Translations under genes and position numbers: made by a program
Shown: positions 41,292 to 51,071 of the stretch, in pieces
How positions within the stretch are numbered: position 1 is the stretch's first letter
Layout of the letters: each line of letters opens with the position of its first letter
Notes under the pieces: model-generated
Database searches by the model: none
Told to the model about the DNA's origin: nothing
Seen by the model: only the letters and a program-made list of their open reading frames with translations
IMG/VR virus record: IMGVR_UViG_2038011000_000015
Coordinates: 29,145-93,144 of that record
From: a virus
Taxonomy: Duplodnaviria > Caudoviricetes
Direction: 5' to 3' (one strand)
DNA length: 64,000 bases

Positions 41292-41798
41292 ATGACATGG
41301 GAAAAGATCAAGGCCTGGCTCAAGAAGGCTTTTCAAGCGCTCTTGGGTCCCGTTGGAGCGGTGCTCATCATCGCGGGGGCTTTTGTCTTGGTTTCCCTTG
41401 GCGTGAAGAACTTGCAGATCGGCGGCATCCTTGGCGCACTGCTCGGACGGAAGACCCCACGTGAGAAGGCCATCGATGCCGCTAACTCGATTCCGAGTGA
41501 TCGGATTGGCCCGGACGGCAGGTTGATCCCGATTGGGCAGGCAGACGAGAAGGGGATGACCCAAGTAGCGGTGGTTCCGATCAACGACACCGGGCTCTTT
41601 GGGGACCCCCATACTGTAGTGTTCAACGATCCTGAAACCGCTGCCCCAGTGGAGGTTGCGCTACCTACTGGAGTGAAGGCGAGCGACGTTGAGCATGTGG
41701 TGGTGGTACAGCCGGGCACGTTTGCGGTCACGGTCAAGAACTCGTCGTCCGTAACGCCTCAAGACCTGGATTCTTTGCTCGCGAAGTATAAGACATGA
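41292..41798 (+). CDS. N-terminally membrane-anchored protein (i-spanin/holin-position candidate)
   Basis: SD GGGAGG. Amphipathic WEKIKAWLKK followed by a hydrophobic TM segment (LLGPVGAVLIIAGAFVLVSLGV). Confidence 0.55.
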   Translation: MTWEKIKAWLKKAFQALLGPVGAVLIIAGAFVLVSLGVKNLQIGGILGALLGRKTPREKAIDAANSIPSDRIGPDGRLIPIGQADEKGMTQVAVVPINDTGLFGDPHTVVFNDPETAAPVEVALPTGVKASDVEHVVVVQPGTFAVTVKNSSSVTPQDLDSLLAKYKT

Positions 41799-42394
41799 CC
41801 ATTCGATGCTTGGCCCTCTTAGCCGTCTTGCTCTCGAGTGCTCGCGCGCAGGCGCAACAGCCATGCCCCGCTACGGCGGTGTGTGTCGCTCGGCAGGACA
41901 TCCTGATGATGGTAGAGCTTGCGCGGGAGGCCAAGTGTCGTGCGGAAACCGAACCCGAAGTCACCGTCGAGCCTATCTCGATCATCTTAGACCGGCAGGG
42001 ACGGGTGTTCGGTTCGGGTACCGGGGACAAGCCGTTCAGGCTACGTATGGATTGGTGCAATTACCAGATCGATATGGAGTCACAGATCAAGGTGCTAGCC
42101 GCCCAAAGAGTTGAACCGGAGTGGGGCTTTCGCTTTCGTCCGAAGGCTGCCGTTGGGGTGTTGACGCGTGAACTGATCGAGGGGCGCGAGCTGACGAAGT
42201 ATGGCGATATCGGGCTGATGTTTGAGCCTGTGTACTATCGCTGGATCAATCTCAACGGCTATGTGAGTTTTCGGTCCGTGGGGATTGGCTTTGGTTTCGA
42301 CATCACAACAAACTTTGGGATTGCCACGTTGCTCAACACGCTCTGGAGTGACCTCCGCGCCGATCCCATGGCGGCCGTTTACTTCGCGTTCTGA
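41795..42394 (+). CDS. exported protein with outer-membrane beta-barrel-like C-terminus
   Basis: Signal peptide (MTIRCLALLAVLLSSARAQA). Alternating amphipathic strands ending in ...AVYFAF with a terminal Phe. Confidence 0.5.
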   Translation: MTIRCLALLAVLLSSARAQAQQPCPATAVCVARQDILMMVELAREAKCRAETEPEVTVEPISIILDRQGRVFGSGTGDKPFRLRMDWCNYQIDMESQIKVLAAQRVEPEWGFRFRPKAAVGVLTRELIEGRELTKYGDIGLMFEPVYYRWINLNGYVSFRSVGIGFGFDITTNFGIATLLNTLWSDLRADPMAAVYFAF

Positions 42395-42405
42395 CGAGGG
42401 CCTGC

Positions 42406-42411
42406 GGTGTA
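42406..42411 (+). promoter_or_regulatory. GGTGTA motif copy
   Basis: CGGTGTAG 12 nt before ATG 42424; no SD between. Confidence 0.55.
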
Positions 42412-42423
42412 GCTGCATCGTCT

Positions 42424-44172
42424 ATGAACGACGATGCGGCAGACAAGATCTACGAGCAGCTACTGAAAGTACGCGCGAGCACGACCTGTGCACTCAAGCC
42501 TATCTCGATGTTGCGCAACGAGATCCGAGGGCTTGACGGGAAGCTTCAGCCCTTACGGCTGCGGTACTATCAAGTACAGGCGATCTACCATCTAATGCTA
42601 CGACGGCGGATGGTCCTTGGAGATGCAACCGGGTCCGGGAAATCGTTGGTGCTGATCGCATCTCTCTGTTATACGTGGGAGAAGGAGCCGGACAACAAGG
42701 CCATTGTTGTGTGCCCGAAGTCCGCGTTGCGTCAGTGGGAGTCGGAGATTGATAAGTTCACCACTGGGATCACGGTGTACGTGGCCAACGGCACGTTGAA
42801 CGAACGCAAGCAGACGTATCTCGAGTTTGCGCTCCATGAAGGTCTAACCAAAGCCGTCATGCTCATGGGTTATGCGCCATTGGTCAGGGATTGGAATCAA
42901 GGCGCCAGGGCCGCGGTGATGCTCAATGGCAAGCGCGATCCTGATCACCCTTCCGTCCCCGGTGTCCTGGATGGAATCACGGCCAAGATCCCGAAGCTGA
43001 CCGTTGCCTTCGACGAGGCAGCGGCGTTCAAGTCCGATCGAACCAAGACCTGGCAGGTGTGCAGGCAGCTCTCGGACCGAGCACACCGCTGCTATGGGCT
43101 GACCGCGACCCTGCTCAAGAACAATCTCATGGAAGGCTTCGCGATCTACAAGGCGATTCATCCACGCGTGTTCACGACCAAGACAGCATTCATGCGTGAG
43201 TACTGCGTGACTAAGTTGCAGCGCGTAAGCGGCTCGCGTCATGTTCCCATTGTTGTTGGCTACAAGAATCTCAACGGCTTCAGACAGCGAATCGACCCGT
43301 TCTTCTTAGGTCGGGCCAAGCACATGATATCGAGTGAGCTTCCAACGTTGATCACGCGCGAGGTTGTTTGTCCACTCTCCGCGGCTGAAGACGCGAAGTA
43401 CGGGGAAGCTCTCACCGGTGTACTGGCACTCGGTGATGGTGAGACGAAAGACTATACGGAGCATCGCGTGTTAGTATCACTCATATACTGTCAGAAGACG
43501 GTCGATTCGCTGACGCTCCTTCAGTATAGGGAGGGCGACTTGGTTGACGTTGACGTGCTCAGTGAGCAAACCGAGGTTGGCAAGCTCGGCGCAAAAGAGC
43601 AAGCGTTGCTCGACCTGCTTACTGAAGAGTTCAGCGACGACAAAGTGATTGTGTATTGTCGGTTCACTTCGCTCATCAAGCGGCTGCGTACACTGTGTCG
43701 CGATGCTGGGATTGAGACAGTGGAGGTGAGCGGCGATGTCGTTGATACCAAGAAGAACCCGGCGCGCAAAAAGGCGCAGGATGCTTTTCAGGATCTCACC
43801 TCGAACGTGCGCGTGATTTTCATCTCTGACGCAGGGTCAGAGGCAATCAATCTGCAAGCCGCATCGGTCATGATCTTTTACGACAGCCCATGGAGCTGGG
43901 GGAACTACGTACAGCTGCTTGGTAGACCCATTCGTATCGGATCACCGCATCAGCACGTGGTAGCGATTCATTTGGTGGCCGAGCGACCGAGCCGCAAACC
44001 CGAACGGCGCAAGACCATCGACCACTATACGCTCGAGATATTGCAACGGAAGAAAGATCTTATCGACAAGGTTTTGGGTGAGGCTGCCGTCGGAGCGCTG
44101 GAGTTTGGGCAGGATACTGCCTTTTCGCTCGACTTGGCAAAGAGCTTACGAATCAACGAAGGGAGGTCATGA
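42424..44172 (+). CDS. SNF2-family (SF2) helicase/ATPase
   Basis: LRYYQ, GDATGSGKS (I), VVCPKS (Ia), FDEAAAFK (II), LTATLLKN (III), AGSEAINLQAA (V), QLLGRPIRIG (VI). Confidence 0.9.
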   Translation: MNDDAADKIYEQLLKVRASTTCALKPISMLRNEIRGLDGKLQPLRLRYYQVQAIYHLMLRRRMVLGDATGSGKSLVLIASLCYTWEKEPDNKAIVVCPKSALRQWESEIDKFTTGITVYVANGTLNERKQTYLEFALHEGLTKAVMLMGYAPLVRDWNQGARAAVMLNGKRDPDHPSVPGVLDGITAKIPKLTVAFDEAAAFKSDRTKTWQVCRQLSDRAHRCYGLTATLLKNNLMEGFAIYKAIHPRVFTTKTAFMREYCVTKLQRVSGSRHVPIVVGYKNLNGFRQRIDPFFLGRAKHMISSELPTLITREVVCPLSAAEDAKYGEALTGVLALGDGETKDYTEHRVLVSLIYCQKTVDSLTLLQYREGDLVDVDVLSEQTEVGKLGAKEQALLDLLTEEFSDDKVIVYCRFTSLIKRLRTLCRDAGIETVEVSGDVVDTKKNPARKKAQDAFQDLTSNVRVIFISDAGSEAINLQAASVMIFYDSPWSWGNYVQLLGRPIRIGSPHQHVVAIHLVAERPSRKPERRKTIDHYTLEILQRKKDLIDKVLGEAAVGALEFGQDTAFSLDLAKSLRINEGRS

Positions 44173-45020
44173 TGCCTGAACCGGTGTGTTCGCTGTGCAA
44201 GGGGCTAAGTTGGACCGAGACGCGCATAGGTGACGAAATTGTTCCCTTTCGGTGTGCTTGTTTCAAGCGCCGGCTGGCGTTGAGCTTTCTAGGGCCAGAG
44301 CTGGCGAAAGCACCTTTCCTTCGCAGTGCGCTCTACTGCCCCGAGATTGACGCGGAGACCAACGAGGTTGTTGGCGATCGGACTTTGGATGACTTGTTCA
44401 TCAAGGGCACCTGGGGTGAGGTTGCGCAGCACTTGCGTTGGGCCGTTGGTGCCAAACATTTCGATAGACCCGAGTTCACCTTCAAGATGGTGACTGACGA
44501 GATGCTCCTTCGGGTCTACTTGGGGCATTACGCGTATACGCACCGATCAAGGAATGTCCGTGACACCATCGAGACATACAACACCCTCGGAGATCTGATC
44601 GGCGACTGTGGGCTCCTCATCGTGCGCTTAGGAAACCTGGCGCATCCCAACAAGGCGGCTGGCAACGTACTGCTCGAGGCGCTACGGATCCGAGCCTCGG
44701 CCTCGAAAGCCACATGGCTCATTGAGGGGAGCACCTTCTTTGGCGAAGGGCATGGCTTCTACAACTACGAAGTTGCGACCTTCATCGAAGAGAACTTTGA
44801 GACGATCAACGTCGGGGGTGACGTCGAGGTGGAACGTCGCATGGAGGCTGAGCTGAAAGCGTTGAACGCATCATCGTACGCGGCGGACGCCAAGGGGTCT
44901 GAGCATGCTGCGGCTACGGAGACCAAGGAGCGTTTTGTAGCAGAGCCAGGAGCGTGGGCACGTGGGCACAAGAAATCACGTTGGGGCAAGCGGCGTGATG
45001 GCGGGCTGATTGAGCTATGA
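44169..45020 (+). CDS. DnaC/IstB-like helicase loader, degenerate ATPase, N-terminal Zn finger
   Basis: CSLCKG...RCAC zinc motif; LLIVRLG...N..LL..R....KATW resembles the DnaC Walker B region. Directly upstream of DnaB. Confidence 0.5.
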   Translation: MMPEPVCSLCKGLSWTETRIGDEIVPFRCACFKRRLALSFLGPELAKAPFLRSALYCPEIDAETNEVVGDRTLDDLFIKGTWGEVAQHLRWAVGAKHFDRPEFTFKMVTDEMLLRVYLGHYAYTHRSRNVRDTIETYNTLGDLIGDCGLLIVRLGNLAHPNKAAGNVLLEALRIRASASKATWLIEGSTFFGEGHGFYNYEVATFIEENFETINVGGDVEVERRMEAELKALNASSYAADAKGSEHAAATETKERFVAEPGAWARGHKKSRWGKRRDGGLIEL

Positions 45021-46491
45021 CCAAACGTTTACTGCGCTCCGTCATCGAGTTCGATCAGGAGATCACGCCACCGAACCTCCTTCGAAACTTTCAGCTGCTG
45101 CGTAAGGCGGTTGATGCTGAAACGATCGCGTGGGGCCGGGAGGATGATGAAGCCATCTACAACCTCGTGGAGGGTTTCTACCTGCAAAATGGCGAGGTGC
45201 CCGCTGAGGTCACGATCGGTGACTACTTTCGGCGACTCAATCGGATCGACATCGTTGAGAGGCTCGATGACATTCGGATCGAGCGTCCATATGCGCGTAG
45301 CAATTTTCTGGAACTTCTCCGGAGTCTGCAGGAAGAGCAAGCGCGGGTCAAAGCCTACGATGTGCTCAAGAAGACAAGTGAGATTCTCATGAAGGGCGTC
45401 AAGGACGAGCGTACTGGGGAACTCCTGTATGGTGTGGACGCCGCCACGACGTTTGTTGTGCGCAGAATGGAGGAGTTGCGAGTTTCCGAAAGCAACGCGC
45501 AGGTCTTCGGTGACATTCGGACGGACGGCGCTGCGGCACGTGAGGAATACGATCGTGCTGAATCGGATCGTGGAGGTGCGCTTGGTGCGATCAGTGGGAT
45601 TCGCGAAATAGATGAAGCGTGTCGAGGCGCGAAGAAGGGCGAGCTGTGGATTCACGCGGGTTTTCCGGGTGAGTTGAAAACGATGTTGGCCTGCAACTGG
45701 GGATACAACCTGGTCACACGCTTTAAGAAGAACGTAGTGTACGTATCGTTTGAGATGACGCGTGAGCAGATACGGCGGAGCATCTACGTGCGACACTCGG
45801 CAAACGCCCGGTTTGCCATGCAAGGTTTTGCGCCGCTTGACTACGGGCGCGTTCGCGACGGGGAGCTAACGCGAGAGGAAAAGGACTTCTACTACAACTA
45901 CGTCATCCCCGATTTCGAGTCGAACCCGACGTATACGACGTTCGAGGTTGTGACGCCCGATCGCGAGTGGACCATGTTAGATGTGAAGCACGCGGTTGAG
46001 CAGTTGCATCGTGAGTTCGAGGTTGGGTTCGTGATTCTCGATCATGGCCAGTGGATCGAGGCACGCAAGGGGCGTAAGAGCAAAGACTATGTGATTGAGT
46101 TGAATTCGGTGATCACGGATGCCAAGCGAATGGCTTTGAATTTCGATTACAATACTGGAGTCCCAGTGTTGATGTTGTTTCAGATCAATCGTAACGGCAA
46201 GGCTGAGGCGGACAAGAACGATGGCGTATACAAGATGAGCGCGCTCACTTACGCCAACAATGCCGAAAAAACCGCGGATGTCATCACGACGACATATCTA
46301 AACGATGAGCTGCGACGTAGTCACGCAACGAAGGTCACCAACTTAAGAACCGAGACAACGCTCTGTTCGCGCCGTTTATCGCCAGTGTAAACTTTGCGTG
46401 TCGCAAGATTAGCTCGGAAGGGCAAAACGGGGCTGAAGGCATGGAGGTGACCCGGTGCGACGAGTATGCGGGGTTCATGAGTCCAGTTTAG
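45017..46491 (+). CDS. dnaB: replicative DnaB-like helicase (C-terminus in -1 frame after ~46341)
   Basis: SGIREIDE..RG...GEL, AGFPGELKT, YVSFEM, VILDH, QINR, AEKTADVI. The conserved LKNR motif appears only in the shifted frame (LKNRDNALF...SPV*, TAG 46489-46491). The unshifted ORF ends at 46390. Confidence 0.85.
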
Positions 46492-46498
46492 ACAAGCG

Positions 46499-47137
46499 AT
46501 GGACAAGTTCTCCCCCATAGATGGCCTTGCGGAGCACGGTCAGCGAGCAGCGCGGCATGAATGGAACCGGCGACGTCTCGCCAACATTCACCGGCATGTT
46601 TCGGCGGCCGATGTTCTGGCTCGCCATGGCGTTTCGCTGCAGCGAAATGGCACCCAAGCGGAGCAGATATCCTGCCCGTTCCACGGCGATGACCGCAGAC
46701 CCAGCGCGAAGTACTTCCCCGAGGAAAGCGACAGCCGTTCGCACGTTTGGTGCTTTGTCTGTCACGAGCGTTGGGACGCAGTCACGCTTTGGAAGCGCTT
46801 CACGGGCACTGAGAAGTTCCGCGAGGTCCTTTGGCAGATGGAACGTGCCTTCGGGGTGACACCCCCTGAAGGTATTGAGCTGCCTGAGGCAGAAGCTCCC
46901 TATGACCCATTGGTCGATGAAGTAGCGCAGTTGTTTGAGGTTGCGGAACGACGGCTACGTGAATATCGCGAGCTATTCACGTTGCATCAGCATCTCAAGC
47001 TCGGCCAGTTGCTGGATTACACGCGGTACAACTTCGACGCGGGAAAGATCACGCTCGCGACCGCGAAAGAACGACTTGCCCTCATTCACACGAAAATCAA
47101 GCAGAGAGCACGTGCCGAGGCGTCTACAGATACCTAG
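46499..47137 (+). CDS. stand-alone CHC2 primase-type zinc-finger protein
   Basis: ISCPFHGDDRRPS...VWCFVC..WD is a DnaG zinc-binding domain. No TOPRIM domain in 212 aa. Confidence 0.8.
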   Translation: MDKFSPIDGLAEHGQRAARHEWNRRRLANIHRHVSAADVLARHGVSLQRNGTQAEQISCPFHGDDRRPSAKYFPEESDSRSHVWCFVCHERWDAVTLWKRFTGTEKFREVLWQMERAFGVTPPEGIELPEAEAPYDPLVDEVAQLFEVAERRLREYRELFTLHQHLKLGQLLDYTRYNFDAGKITLATAKERLALIHTKIKQRARAEASTDT

Positions 47138-47522
47138 CGCTGAGATGGGAACGTTGCAGCTGTATTTGATCTATTCGTACAGTGGGCAGTGGGAGGCGCA
47201 GTGGGCGCCGATGAATGGGGTGTTGGACCTCCCAGTGGTGAGCGTGGAGACGATGAATCACGCGCTCCGAGGATGGACTCGTCCCCTTGTGGATGGGCTA
47301 GGGCCGCCCCCGGAGGGCCGCTTGAGGCTTATGCCATGGCTGGCGCGAAGCTGTGTGTCGCGAGCTACGTGCGCATTGTTTGATGTGAAGCGTTGTGGCG
47401 CCTTGCTCAAGAATAAGCCTTGGTGTTTTGAGCCAGACGGTGTCGAGGCGCGGCAGCTTGTGGCGGAGATAATCAATCTTTGGAGAGAGGGGGTGTACGT
47501 GGTCGTTGTGGAGGAACAATGA
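47112..47522 (+). CDS. hypothetical Cys-containing protein
   Basis: GTG 47112 after GAGAG. Fills the gap between the zinc-finger gene and the polymerase and overlaps both. Confidence 0.6.
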   Translation: MPRRLQIPSAEMGTLQLYLIYSYSGQWEAQWAPMNGVLDLPVVSVETMNHALRGWTRPLVDGLGPPPEGRLRLMPWLARSCVSRATCALFDVKRCGALLKNKPWCFEPDGVEARQLVAEIINLWREGVYVVVVEEQ

Positions 47523-50305
47523 TGCAGGATGATGACCTGGACCTTAGTTCTTTTTTCACCGATACGAAGACCACCAAAGCTCCGGCGCGAGGCTTTCGGG
47601 TCCTCCAGGATGATGGAGACGATCCCTTAGAGTTTCTTGAGAGGTCTGGCTTCAAACGTGACCGCACGGTCCCTGATATCAAGAAGCCGTGGATGGAGCA
47701 GCATGAGTTCGAGGTTGTGTCCAGCGTTGACGATGTTGAGCGCATCATTGATGCGTGCATCGAATCCGGCCGCTGTTCGTTAGACCTGGAAACAGAGGGG
47801 CTGGACAATCGCATCAACTATCGTGACGGTGTTCCGGAGACGGTGCACAAGATCGTCGGCTACTGCATAAGCTACGATGGTCATACCGGCTGGTACGTGC
47901 CGGTACGGCACCGAGTCTTAGATGGCGGGGCTGATCTCAATGTCTACCCGACAGCACGGGTTGAGGCAGCGATCACGAGATTGTGTCGCGCAGCTATCCC
48001 CGATGGAACCGAGGAAGCTCGACTAGCGGACCCTCTGTCTTATCGGTGTGAGCGGCCGAAGGTGGTCATCTACTTCTGGAACGCGCAGTTTGACCAAGAG
48101 TTTCTTTATCCGGTTACGGGCATCGACTGGTGGCATCCCGAGTCGTTTGAGGACGGGATGCTCGCATGCTTCTGCATCAATGCGAGCGACAAGCAGCTTA
48201 GCCTCAAGGCTAAATCAAAACAGCTTCTCAAAGATGCCTTGGGCAATCCCTATGAGATGATCGAACTAAGCGAATTGTTCTATGGCAAGACGAAGGACAT
48301 TCGGTTCGCCGCGTTGGCGCCGGATGAACCTGGAGTGAAGCGATACACGGGATCGGACGCCATTTGTACGTTCAAGCTTTGTGAGCTGCCCGAGGTTGTT
48401 CCGTTGGCATTGAAGCGGCATGGCTACACATATCGGATTGAGAAGCAGACGTCGAATGTGTTGCGAATCATGGAGCGCAGCCGCGTACGGATAAACCGTG
48501 AGCACGTGCGCCAGCTGCTTGAGCAGACAGAGGTCGAGCGAGACTTGGTGCTCAAGCGCATTCGCGGGTTCGCAGCGGAGTACGGGGTAGATCTCGATCC
48601 AAACTCACCAAAGCAGTTGTCAGAGTTCTTATTTGGTGCTCGACCAAAAGGTCTCGATATCAGCCCTAAGCCGGAGAAGAACGAGGCGAGTGGGCAGTTC
48701 AAGACCGATGGGGATACCTTGGAGGAGCTATCCAAGCTCCCGCATGCTCCTGGGATCCTCAAGGACATTGTCAAGTATCGGGAGGTCGAGAAGTTCATTG
48801 GGACTTACTTGCTCGGGCTCAGCAATAATCCCGATGCCAACAATGAGATCCGGGTATCGTTCAAGCAGACTGGTGCTGCTTCGGGTCGTTTCAGCGCTCC
48901 CGCGGGCAAGCCGCAGCACGGATATTCGGGGATCCCTGTTCACGGCATCCCTGGGGAGTCGGATCTGCGACGCGACTTCGAAGCTCGCGACGGCTACACG
49001 ATGGTGAAGGCGGACTACGCAGGTGAAGAGCTACGTATTGCCGCCAACATCACTGGGGAGAAGATTTGGATCAACGAGTTTTTGAACGGCACAGGTGATC
49101 TGCACTCGATCACCGCACGAGCATTCTTCGGCAAGCAAGAAGTCACGAAGGAAGAGCGTCGCGCCGGAAAGACGGCCAACTTCGCTTTGTTGTACGGGGG
49201 AGGCGCCCAAGCGGTTGTGCGCGCGACGGGTTGTGATCTGCTTGAGGGCAAGCGCAGGAAAGCCGCGTTTGATAAGGCGGTTCCAACATTCGCTGCGTGG
49301 TGCAAGAAGCAGCAAGCAAGGGTCAAGCGCGACTTAGGTGTGTGGACACCGTTTGGCCGATGGCTTGCAGTGCCGGATGCCCGTAGCACCGATCCTAAGG
49401 TCCGGGCAGCGTGTGAGCGGCACGCAACCAACTTACCGATCCAGGGGGCCGGTGCCGACATCATGAAGATTTGCCTGATCTTGCTGACGAAGGCATTTCA
49501 CCGGGCGGGCTGGCTCAAGAACGGTGGCGATGACTCGGTGCGGATGCTGCTCACGGTGCACGATGAAGTTGTGTTCGAGATTCGGCACGACCGGGTCACT
49601 CAGGTGCTCCCCATGATCGTGGATACCATGGAGTACCCATGGAAGATCCCAACCTCGCCGCGCTGGCAGGTACCGCTTGTGGTTGAACCGTTGGTGGGTT
49701 TCAACTGGAAGTCAGGCTACGTGGTAGAGCGCGCTAAGGAGAAGCGCGACATCAAGCCAAGCGAGATCGATCGGGTGGAGCAGGGGATCCCGCTTCGGAG
49801 GTTCGAGGTATTGATCAACGGGTTTGTGTACAGCACGACACGCGAGCCGAAGAAGGACAAGGACACGAAAGCCATCGTTGAGACCCTTGATCGGCAAGAG
49901 GTCATCGAAGGCAATGTGTTTCGGATCATTGATCCTCCCTGGCTTGCCGGCGTTTCGTTGCCCCCGCCACCGCCACCACAAGAGCCTCCGCCGGAGAGTG
50001 AGCCTCAAGCGCCAAGCCCTAGTGCGGTCGAGACCAGAGCGATCGAGGTTGACCCTGGGATGGTACCGAAGTTTCGAGTCCGTTTGCAGCTGTTGATGGA
50101 CCCCCAGATCGCCGCGCAGGTGTCAGAGATCTTGGAAGAGACTCGGGACGAGCGAGGGATGTCGCCTTGGCTGACCGACCAATCGGGATGCCGGACGTAT
50201 CTTAGGCCTGGTCGCTACGTTGTTAACAAGGATCGGTTCATAGCCCGGCTTAGGGAGAGAAATCTCGTAAGCGCACGGGCGGCACATGAAGCGCAAGCAA
50301 CTTGA
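47519..50305 (+). CDS. polA: family A DNA polymerase with 3'-5' exonuclease
   Basis: ExoI DLETEG, ExoII WNAQFD, ExoIII YTGSD; motif A DYAGEELR, motif B RRAGKTANFALLYG, motif C VHDE. No 5'-3' exonuclease domain. Confidence 0.93.
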   Translation: MMQDDDLDLSSFFTDTKTTKAPARGFRVLQDDGDDPLEFLERSGFKRDRTVPDIKKPWMEQHEFEVVSSVDDVERIIDACIESGRCSLDLETEGLDNRINYRDGVPETVHKIVGYCISYDGHTGWYVPVRHRVLDGGADLNVYPTARVEAAITRLCRAAIPDGTEEARLADPLSYRCERPKVVIYFWNAQFDQEFLYPVTGIDWWHPESFEDGMLACFCINASDKQLSLKAKSKQLLKDALGNPYEMIELSELFYGKTKDIRFAALAPDEPGVKRYTGSDAICTFKLCELPEVVPLALKRHGYTYRIEKQTSNVLRIMERSRVRINREHVRQLLEQTEVERDLVLKRIRGFAAEYGVDLDPNSPKQLSEFLFGARPKGLDISPKPEKNEASGQFKTDGDTLEELSKLPHAPGILKDIVKYREVEKFIGTYLLGLSNNPDANNEIRVSFKQTGAASGRFSAPAGKPQHGYSGIPVHGIPGESDLRRDFEARDGYTMVKADYAGEELRIAANITGEKIWINEFLNGTGDLHSITARAFFGKQEVTKEERRAGKTANFALLYGGGAQAVVRATGCDLLEGKRRKAAFDKAVPTFAAWCKKQQARVKRDLGVWTPFGRWLAVPDARSTDPKVRAACERHATNLPIQGAGADIMKICLILLTKAFHRAGWLKNGGDDSVRMLLTVHDEVVFEIRHDRVTQVLPMIVDTMEYPWKIPTSPRWQVPLVVEPLVGFNWKSGYVVERAKEKRDIKPSEIDRVEQGIPLRRFEVLINGFVYSTTREPKKDKDTKAIVETLDRQEVIEGNVFRIIDPPWLAGVSLPPPPPPQEPPPESEPQAPSPSAVETRAIEVDPGMVPKFRVRLQLLMDPQIAAQVSEILEETRDERGMSPWLTDQSGCRTYLRPGRYVVNKDRFIARLRERNLVSARAAHEAQAT

Positions 50306-50846
50306 CCTATACGCAGAATGCAATGTGGAGCCGCGTGCTCCGATGGATGTGTTTACCGCTGAGTGCTGTGCGCGATGTGTCAATCCTGACTGCGTAAGGA
50401 GCCGTGTCGGGGGGTCGAAGTTTGAGGCTCGGGTTTCTACTTGGTACGAGCGGCTCTTTCGAGACGTCCCGCGGATGTCTACAGAGGATGCGCGCTTTCA
50501 TCAGATTGCCGGTCAAAAGTTCGTATTGATCGATCCGGAGCGACTCACCTCCGGTGCCTCAGGGTGGGTTGATCCTCGCGAACACAAGTCAAAATCCGTT
50601 CAAGTCCCGGTTCAACTTGAGCCCGCTCAAGAGAGCACGACTCTGACGGAAACTCCGGTTCAACCTGAGTCACCCGTTGAAAGACAAAGTCAGGCAAGCC
50701 CGGATTTGGCGTGGGTCAACACCCCTGCTCAGCAAGGCCGGATGATCGGCGCGGCTGCGCCAGCACCACAGTGGCGAACAGCTCCTGGTCAAGCCAATGA
50801 GGATGTTGTCGTAAAGACCGGCGCGAAGATTCGAATCGGACAGTGA
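50286..50846 (+). CDS. hypothetical protein with N-terminal Cys cluster
   Basis: EC...CCARCVNPDC; overlaps the polymerase stop codon. Confidence 0.6.
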   Translation: MKRKQLDLYAECNVEPRAPMDVFTAECCARCVNPDCVRSRVGGSKFEARVSTWYERLFRDVPRMSTEDARFHQIAGQKFVLIDPERLTSGASGWVDPREHKSKSVQVPVQLEPAQESTTLTETPVQPESPVERQSQASPDLAWVNTPAQQGRMIGAAAPAPQWRTAPGQANEDVVVKTGAKIRIGQ

Positions 50847-50852
50847 GCCCTT

Positions 50853-50858
50853 GGTGTA
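50853..50858 (+). promoter_or_regulatory. GGTGTA motif copy (N9-ATG)
   Basis: TGGTGTAG, exactly 9 nt before ATG 50868; no SD. Confidence 0.6.
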
Positions 50859-50867
50859 GTGCGGGCC

Positions 50868-51041
50868 ATGAAGCTCAAGTTCACTATCGGGAAAGACGGA
50901 TCCGTGGTCACTGAGGTTCTCGATCGCGAGGGCAGTGACTGCAAACAGGTCTACAAACTGACTGAGCGTCTCGGCCAGACGACCGGCGAAGAAGTCACGG
51001 GACCGGACTGCGATACGGCCATCGAGACCACTGTCGATTGA
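50868..51041 (+). CDS. DUF2997-family small protein
   Basis: MKLKFTIGKDGSV.TEV....G.DC...TERLG matches the DUF2997 pattern (I.I..DG.V...V.G..G..C...T). Adjacent to DUF1257 and the AAA gene. Confidence 0.7.
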   Translation: MKLKFTIGKDGSVVTEVLDREGSDCKQVYKLTERLGQTTGEEVTGPDCDTAIETTVD

Positions 51042-51042
51042 G

Positions 51043-51071
51043 CGGCGTAATGAGACGCCGAAAGTCTCATT
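51043..51071 (+). promoter_or_regulatory. compact H-type RNA pseudoknot / overlapping inverted repeats
   Basis: CGGCG(51043-47)/CGCCG(51056-60) and AATGAGA(51049-55)/TCTCATT(51065-71) are both perfectly complementary and interleaved. Confidence 0.55.

Noticed and set aside
47519-50305. Intein or intron in the polymerase or helicases
   Set aside because: Motif spacing is normal, with no C...HN-(C/S/T) splice junctions or LAGLIDADG/HNH inserts. The C-terminal extension is a Pro-rich linker plus a small domain.
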